A stretch of 64,000 nt of DNA from the NCBI GenBank assembly GCA_965219685.1, contig CBDCOH010000002.1, positions 1,568,001 to 1,632,000 of the forward strand, in the 5' to 3' direction. The DNA is from Candidatus Spongiisociaceae bacterium. Lineage in GTDB: Bacteria; Actinomycetota; Acidimicrobiia; Spongiisociales; Spongiisociaceae. Both the position numbers and the translations under genes were made by a program. Position 1 is the first letter of the stretch; every line of letters starts with the position of its first letter. This document shows positions 57,931 through 64,000 of this stretch, one piece after another. Below the pieces are notes generated by a model. It searched no databases, had not been told where the DNA came from, and saw nothing but the letters and a program-made list of their open reading frames with translations.

Positions 57931-60204
57931 CTAGCCCCAGTGGTTTGACATGTAGTCGACCATGTCCTCCCCATGCAATTGCTTGGTCGCGTTGCCAACC
58001 CGAACCCAGAACTCGCTATGCTTGGATCCACCGCCGTGTGGTTTCGAGAAGACCGGCTTGCCTGACGCAGCAACCGTTACTACGCACACGATCGCCTCCT
58101 TAACCCGCTCGAATCCGATCTGGACGATTTCGGCTGTCGGCACAGAGAGGCCTGTATCGAGACGTTGCCGAAGGAACAATTCGTACGCATCTATGGTCCC
58201 CTTACTGAGCGTCTTGAGATCGTCGTCAAGACCGAGCACCCTACCATCGTCGTCCACTCCGATGAGGAGTTTGCCGCCTTCTGCGTTCAGGTACCCGCAG
58301 ACCGTCTTGACAACGACGTGTTCCATCTTCTTGTCCGCCCGACCAGCACGTACGTTCCAACGCGCCGTCGACTTGAATTCGACCCTCTGTGACTCTCCGA
58401 TACTGAGCAAGTCCCTCAGAGTGGAAGGAAGCCTACCAACGCTCTCGTTCTCCCAGAGGTATTCAAACCCATCACGGACCACCTTGGCGATGTGATGACG
58501 ACGCCGTTCCAGAAATGTCGGGTAGTCGAGTTGCTCCCACCCAATAGGAAGGGCATGCCAGTAGACCTGCTGCTTCAACCGCTCACGGTCAAACCCTCCG
58601 GCCAGTACCGGCCAGTACTCTAGAGGTCCGTCCTTCCCGATCTTCACGTTGTCGGGCCAGTCTACAAATGCCATGTTGCCGATAGCGTTCTGCTCGCGAA
58701 CCGTGGCGAAGCCGTTAGCTGCAAGGTAGGCCTTAGGAAAGAGATGGTGCCGCTCGATCGAACGAGGCGGAGTAACTTGCGGATCGAGAAGATCCCGAAC
58801 GCGAAGATCGCTGAACAGTAGCTCTGCATCTAGTAAGATCAGCGCTGCCCAATATGCGCAGAGTGGCGGAGATTTGGGCGCCGCGGTATCCAACCGATTC
58901 GGGAGGGTGATATCCCAATAGTCGCCGGTGAAGGTCGAACGAATGATACGATCTAGCTCGTGGCAGAACCCCTTACCATCGCCGTGTTCCAGCATATTGA
59001 TACGACCAAAATCGGCTTCGAACTGGCTCTCAAATGATCCTGTATAGCGACCAGTGACATGTGCCATAAAGAACCATCGTCCTACAACACCCCGGAGTAT
59101 TTGAAGGTCGAGCCCGAAGTCCCGTCTACCGATTAGCCACAGTATGTAAGAGAATAGGATGGCGTTCTTGGATGTAATCATTCGGCTACTACGGAACCCG
59201 GCATGCGTAAGGCACTTCAGAAACTCGTGCCAGTTAGTCAAGTCGATTACCTCGTCTTGGGCACGCCTTAATGCGTCGAACTGGGCGTTGCGTCGCTCTG
59301 AAGAAACGCTTCCGGTCTCGAAGTCCTTGCCCCGCAGTATGTTGTACACGTGCCGGAGCCGTCCTCGCCGGAATGCCAAACCGACTCCGACGCGAAGTAA
59401 CTGATCGGGGGCAGGATCGATGAACGGGTTTCTTGGTGAAGGTCCGTTCATCGTTGCGGTTACGGCATCTCTGCAGAACGCTTCGAGTTGTCGACGACCC
59501 TTCTCCCAGTGCACGGACATCAGAGTTAGGATAAAGTCTGCCTGATTGAGTTGAACTGCCTTGGAGTTGGTACGGACGAAGATTTCGGCTACTTGCTCCT
59601 CGTCGGCATCGGTGTTGAGTTCGATAACCTGGAATCGGAAGTTCTGGAGGTCTCGTACGCGATCGATTCGGTCTTCCAATTCGTCTTTCTCAGCTTCGTC
59701 CAACTCGACACTGCGCCCTTCTATGAGGCGGGTAAAGAACTTGCGAACTGTCGGCCGGTATCCGTCGTTCCACAGAGCATTGATATCGGGAATGAACTCT
59801 GGATCTCTCTCGATCGCCGCATCGGTGACCTCGAATACCTGGTCACCGGGACAAAAAGCGATCCTAATGTGCTTTTTGTCGAAAGACTTCGTCAGGATCG
59901 GCCTACCAGTTAGCACCGCATACAGGGAGGTCAACCGTTGCTGGCCGTCGACGATCAGAAGTTTTGCCACCTTTTCGTTCTCGCCACCTCCCACTTGGCG
60001 AACTCCTGTATCGGTGCCGGTTTCCCAGAACAGTAGGGTTCCGACCGGATAGCCTCGATACAGAGAATCGAAGAGATCGCGTACCTGTGATGCTTTCCAG
60101 ACGAATGGACGCTGAATGTCTGGGAGCGCGATGTTTCCGTGCTTGATGTCCTCGATGAGATGAGTCAAGGAGTAACCGGTGTCTCTGTACAATGTCGGGG
60201 TCAA
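57931..60204 (-). CDS. GmrSD-type (DUF262 + HNH/DUF1524-like) protein fused to a C-terminal Schlafen/AlbA_2 domain
   Basis: LPDIQRPFVW, VDGQQRLTSL, IFVRTNS; ERHHLFPK...NAIGNM...N; ESQRVEFKS...YLNAEGGKLLIGVDDDG...VRVGNAT. TTG start with GGAGG; visibly AT-richer than the flanks. Confidence 0.88.
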   Translation of the reverse strand: MTPTLYRDTGYSLTHLIEDIKHGNIALPDIQRPFVWKASQVRDLFDSLYRGYPVGTLLFWETGTDTGVRQVGGGENEKVAKLLIVDGQQRLTSLYAVLTGRPILTKSFDKKHIRIAFCPGDQVFEVTDAAIERDPEFIPDINALWNDGYRPTVRKFFTRLIEGRSVELDEAEKDELEDRIDRVRDLQNFRFQVIELNTDADEEQVAEIFVRTNSKAVQLNQADFILTLMSVHWEKGRRQLEAFCRDAVTATMNGPSPRNPFIDPAPDQLLRVGVGLAFRRGRLRHVYNILRGKDFETGSVSSERRNAQFDALRRAQDEVIDLTNWHEFLKCLTHAGFRSSRMITSKNAILFSYILWLIGRRDFGLDLQILRGVVGRWFFMAHVTGRYTGSFESQFEADFGRINMLEHGDGKGFCHELDRIIRSTFTGDYWDITLPNRLDTAAPKSPPLCAYWAALILLDAELLFSDLRVRDLLDPQVTPPRSIERHHLFPKAYLAANGFATVREQNAIGNMAFVDWPDNVKIGKDGPLEYWPVLAGGFDRERLKQQVYWHALPIGWEQLDYPTFLERRRHHIAKVVRDGFEYLWENESVGRLPSTLRDLLSIGESQRVEFKSTARWNVRAGRADKKMEHVVVKTVCGYLNAEGGKLLIGVDDDGRVLGLDDDLKTLSKGTIDAYELFLRQRLDTGLSVPTAEIVQIGFERVKEAIVCVVTVAASGKPVFSKPHGGGSKHSEFWVRVGNATKQLHGEDMVDYMSNHWG

Positions 60205-60300
60205 CGTGGCCTCCTAGTCAAAAGTAGCTGTTGAGCGCTGGTCAGAACCGTGGCAAGAGGCTAGCCAGCCGCGCCGGTAGTTCTCGATCGATCCGATCGC

Positions 60301-62571
60301 TCACGGCTTGCCGAGTTCGAAGTCGACTCGCTCCAGATGGCCGGTGAACGGGAAGTCCCCCTTGTAGGAGGTGCTGACCGGAGACAGGGTGTCCGCTCCT
60401 ACGCTCAGCGATCCCCAGGAGAGCATTCCCCGGGCCATATCGAGCAACTCCACTTCGCATAGGACAGATCCGTCCACGACCAAGCGGCCCACTCCGCGGT
60501 AATCGCCCGTCTTCTCGAATCGGACGGACAGTTCTGTGGCTCCCGGCACCAAGGTCGACTCCGAGACGAGAGTCTGGCGGTCGCCCAGGTAGGAGTACTC
60601 GAACACGACGCGCCCGTCCATCACGTAGAGGACGTAGCCGCCGCTCACGTCGCCTACCGCCACCAGGACCCCTTCGTCGCTCTCCTTGAGGGGAGCGATT
60701 CGGACGTTGATCGAGAAGTCACGGTTGAACACGAGCGGGGTGGCGGCGCCGGGGACCCTGACCGCTCCGCCCAGATAGGAGAAGCTATCTCGCGCCCGGG
60801 GGGAGCCGGGCGTCGTGAACGTGGAGGCCCGCACCGCCAGGTACCGGTCGTCCAGGGGGAACACCGAGTAGCGGGCGGCCTCCTCCGACCACTGGCGGAC
60901 CAGGTCGACGAGCTTGTCGGGGTGCTCGGACGCCACGTCGTTGCACTCGGAGAAGTCCGCGTCGATGTGGTACAGCTCCCACGGGTCATCCTCGAACGGC
61001 TCGTTGCGCCGGTGCCTGGTGAGCGCCTTCCACCCCCCGTCCCACATGGCCCGGTGGCCGATCATCTCGAAGTACTGGCGGCTGCGCGCCGGCGGCGCGC
61101 CGGAGTCGACCAGCACCTCCCGGATGGTGGCGCCGTGGAGCGGCATCTGGTCGGTACCCCGGTAGGAGGAGCGCGGCTCCACCCCGACCAGGTCGAAGAG
61201 GGTCGGGGCGATGTCTATGGCGTGCACGAACTGGGTGCGAACCCCGCCGCTGGCGGAGATCCCCTCCGGCCAGGAGACGATCAGGGGCGTGCGGACGCCT
61301 CCCGCGTAGGTGTTCTGCTTGTACCACCGCAGCGGCGTGTTGGCGGCCTGTGCCCATCCCCAAGGGATGTTGGTCTGCGAGTGCGGACCGCCGATGGTGT
61401 CGAACCGCTCCATGTTGAACTCCACCGTGCAGAACCGGTCCTCCTCGTAGGTAACGATGTCGGCGCCCCCGTCGGGCCCGCCCTCCTGGCTGGCCCCGTT
61501 GTCCGACAGGACGACCACGATCGTGTTGTCGAGCCGGTCGATGGAGTCGAGGAACTCGAACAGGCGCCCCATCTGGGCGTCGGTGTGGTCCAGCATGGCC
61601 GCGTAGGCCTCCTGGAACCGGGCGAACAGCTTCTGCTGGTCGGCGGTCAGGTCGTCCCACTCCTCCACGCCGGGGTTGAGGGGCGCGAGGACCGCGTCCT
61701 CGGGGACGATCCCCAACTCCTTCTGGCGGGCGAATCGGCGCTCGCGGATCACGTCCCAGCCCTCGTCGTAGCGACCCCGGTACTTGTCCAGGTACTCCTG
61801 CGGCGCCTGGTGAGGGCAGTGGGCCGTCCCGAACGCCGCGTACAGGAAGAATGGCTGCTCCGGCTTGACCGAGACCTGGTCGCGGACGTAGGAGATGGCG
61901 TGGTCGACCAAGTCCTCCGTCAGGTGGTAACCGTCCTCGGGCCTGCCGGGGGGTTCGACCCGGTGGTTGTCCTCGACCACGTCCGGGTAGAAATGGTCGG
62001 TGAGGGCGTCGAGGAACCCGTAGTAGCGGCCGAATCCCCGACCCAGCGGCCACTCGTCGTAGGGACCGGCGGCGGTGGTCTCCTCCAGAGGCGCCAGGTG
62101 CCACTTCCCGATCGCCATCGTCGCGTAACCGGCGTCCTGAAGGACCTCGGCGATGGTGCCGGCCGAGCGGGTCACCCGGCCTCGATGTCCGGGGAAGCCG
62201 GAGTCGACGTTCGACAGGTAGGCCATTCCCACGCTGTGGTGGTTGCGCCCGGTGAGCACGCAGGCGCGGGTCGGGGAGCAGAGCGGGGTGACGTTGAAGT
62301 CGTTGAAGCGCAGCCCCCGCTCCGCGAGGGCGTCCATCACCGGCGTCTCCACCTCGGCTCCGTAGCAGCCCAGGCCGGCGAAGCCCACATCGTCGAGCAC
62401 CACCAGCACCACATCGGGCTTGCCGCGGGCGTCGGCGGCCATCGGGGGCCACCATGGCACCGAATCCCTGAAGTCCGGTCCGATCACCCCCTTGAAGCCA
62501 GGCTCCGGATGGCTCGGCGGAGTCTGCTCTCCCGCCCCGGGGGTTCCGCTCAGGTCAGTGCTGGATTCCAT
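60301..62571 (-). CDS. Arylsulfatase (formylglycine-dependent, Cys type), no signal peptide
   Basis: VVLDDVG, CSPTRACVLTGRNHH, GKWHL, SDNG, WELY...DFSE. Confidence 0.95.
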   Translation of the reverse strand: MESSTDLSGTPGAGEQTPPSHPEPGFKGVIGPDFRDSVPWWPPMAADARGKPDVVLVVLDDVGFAGLGCYGAEVETPVMDALAERGLRFNDFNVTPLCSPTRACVLTGRNHHSVGMAYLSNVDSGFPGHRGRVTRSAGTIAEVLQDAGYATMAIGKWHLAPLEETTAAGPYDEWPLGRGFGRYYGFLDALTDHFYPDVVEDNHRVEPPGRPEDGYHLTEDLVDHAISYVRDQVSVKPEQPFFLYAAFGTAHCPHQAPQEYLDKYRGRYDEGWDVIRERRFARQKELGIVPEDAVLAPLNPGVEEWDDLTADQQKLFARFQEAYAAMLDHTDAQMGRLFEFLDSIDRLDNTIVVVLSDNGASQEGGPDGGADIVTYEEDRFCTVEFNMERFDTIGGPHSQTNIPWGWAQAANTPLRWYKQNTYAGGVRTPLIVSWPEGISASGGVRTQFVHAIDIAPTLFDLVGVEPRSSYRGTDQMPLHGATIREVLVDSGAPPARSRQYFEMIGHRAMWDGGWKALTRHRRNEPFEDDPWELYHIDADFSECNDVASEHPDKLVDLVRQWSEEAARYSVFPLDDRYLAVRASTFTTPGSPRARDSFSYLGGAVRVPGAATPLVFNRDFSINVRIAPLKESDEGVLVAVGDVSGGYVLYVMDGRVVFEYSYLGDRQTLVSESTLVPGATELSVRFEKTGDYRGVGRLVVDGSVLCEVELLDMARGMLSWGSLSVGADTLSPVSTSYKGDFPFTGHLERVDFELGKP

Positions 62572-62679
62572 CGACTTGCCGGCCTTTCTCGCTACCGAGG
62601 CTCCTCTTCACGATGAACCTGAGTCGGTACAGGCCCATCCGCCTAGCCTTCTGCGACGGCGGTAACCATACTCGCGCCC

Positions 62680-63855
62680 ATGGCAGCCATCGACGTGGCG
62701 GGCGACTCCCCCCTGGGTCTTCCGGTCACCGATCCCTTCACCATCGACTCGCTGACCGTCCATGTCTACCGCGCCCCGATCACGCGGCCTGTCCGCACCG
62801 CGTTCGGGAAGATGGCCGACCGCCCGGCGGTGGTGGTGGAGGCCCGCTCCAGGGACGGTTTCACCGGCTACGGGGAGGTGTGGTGCAACTTCCCCTCCCC
62901 CGCGGCCGGGTACCGGGCCCGGCTGATCGACTCCGTGCTCGGACCCGAAGTTGCGGGAGGAACGTGGACCGGCCCGAGGGAGGTGTTCGACCATCTCTCG
63001 GAGCGAACCCGTGTATTGGCCCTCCAGGCCGCCGAACCCGGACCGTTCTCGCAAGCCATAGCGGGGATCGACATCGCTCTCTGGGACCTGGTGGCGCGGC
63101 GGGACAGACGACCGCTCTGGCACCTCCTCGGACGGGAGGGCACCGGGCGCGTGCCGGCCTATGCCAGCGGCATCGGGCCGGACGGCGCGGCGGCCCAGGC
63201 CCGGGAAGCGCGATCGGCGGGCCACCGGGCCTTCAAGCTGAAGATCGGGTTCGACCCGGAAACCGACCTGGCCAACCTCCGGCAAATGCGCCTGGAACTC
63301 GGCCCGGCCGCGGTCATCGCGGTGGACGCCAACCAGGCCTGGACTCCTGCGGAGGCAGCCCGTAGGAGCCGTGAACTGGCCCCGCATCATCCGGTCTGGC
63401 TGGAGGAACCGATCCGTGCGGACCAACCGGCCGACGAGTGGCGACGGCTGGCGGACATGTCCCCCGTGCCGCTGGCGGGCGGAGAGAACATCTATGGGCA
63501 GGAAGGCTTCGAGGGGGCCCTCCGGCGGCCGGCGCTGGCGGTCCTGCAGCCCGACATCACCAAGTGGGGCGGGTTCTCGGGATGCCTTCCGCTCGCCCGG
63601 CGCATCCTCGAAGCGGGGAGGCGTTTCTGCCCCCACCACCTGGGCGGCGGTATCGGCCTGGTCGCCTCGGCCCACCTCCTCGCCGCCGCGGGGGGAGACG
63701 GCCTGCTGGAGGTCGACTGCAATCCGAACCCGTTACGCGGGGGACTGGCCCGACCGTTTCCCCCGCTCGTGGCGGGTCACCTGATCCTCGGGGATGGGCC
63801 CGGACTCGGTGTGAGACCGGACGTTTCGGTCCGCTCCCTGCGGACCGGCTGGTAG
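62680..63855 (+). CDS. Mandelate racemase/muconate lactonizing enzyme (enolase superfamily)
   Basis: AGIDIALWDL, KLKIG, VDANQAW, WLEEP, GEN, QPDITKWGG. Confidence 0.92.
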   Translation: MAAIDVAGDSPLGLPVTDPFTIDSLTVHVYRAPITRPVRTAFGKMADRPAVVVEARSRDGFTGYGEVWCNFPSPAAGYRARLIDSVLGPEVAGGTWTGPREVFDHLSERTRVLALQAAEPGPFSQAIAGIDIALWDLVARRDRRPLWHLLGREGTGRVPAYASGIGPDGAAAQAREARSAGHRAFKLKIGFDPETDLANLRQMRLELGPAAVIAVDANQAWTPAEAARRSRELAPHHPVWLEEPIRADQPADEWRRLADMSPVPLAGGENIYGQEGFEGALRRPALAVLQPDITKWGGFSGCLPLARRILEAGRRFCPHHLGGGIGLVASAHLLAAAGGDGLLEVDCNPNPLRGGLARPFPPLVAGHLILGDGPGLGVRPDVSVRSLRTGW

Positions 63856-63918
63856 GCGGCGAGCCGGAGCGGCTTCAGGGGTCCGGTCCGCGGCGCTTCC
63901 AGGTAGGTGCCCCACTGA

Positions 63919-64000
63919 CTACCGGTCGGGCCTGTCGCCGCCTCCGGTCGGACGGTGCTCCGCCCAGATCGACGCGTACACATCCGTGCGGCCCTTGTTC
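63919..64000 (-). CDS. 3' end of a probable gene truncated by the window edge
   Basis: Open minus-strand frame ...NKGRTDVYASIWAEHRPTGGGDRPDR* with GC-rich third positions. Confidence 0.4.
   Translation of the reverse strand, partial: NKGRTDVYASIWAEHRPTGGGDRPDR

Overview
High-GC bacterial DNA, densely coding (about 60 CDS). An Actinomycetota, possibly Acidimicrobiia-like, origin is inferred from four PPOX/F420-type genes and lipoproteins with Thr/Ala-rich linkers; no marker gene confirms this. I found no rRNA, convincing tRNA, CRISPR array or transposase. Layout: (1) 1-30.2 kb is an amide/peptide/N-compound catabolic region around a peptide/nickel-type ABC transporter that has two closely related OppB-type permeases. 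It includes an amidase, an acetamidase, two aminotransferases, two M20 hydrolases, an Ntn hydrolase, CocE, HpcH and RraA aldolases, and two homologous PPOX genes. (2) 30.4-40.1 kb is a mixed region with a Cu/Zn-SOD-like lipoprotein lacking two Cu ligands, a YihU-like reductase, an FGE, an acyl-CoA synthetase, a flavoenzyme pseudogene, a TlpA/CcdA pair and a nucleotidyltransferase TA-like pair. (3) 40.1-57.9 kb is a long minus-strand sugar/nucleoside catabolic run. (4) The end holds an AT-richer GmrSD gene fused to a C-terminal Schlafen/AlbA_2 domain, a sulfatase and an enolase-superfamily gene. The best leads are the GmrSD-Schlafen fusion, the unusual sugar pathway, a dispersed family of heptamer repeats that start at TAG stop codons, and several apparent pseudoenzymes. 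All family calls come from motif recognition by eye; no database search was run.
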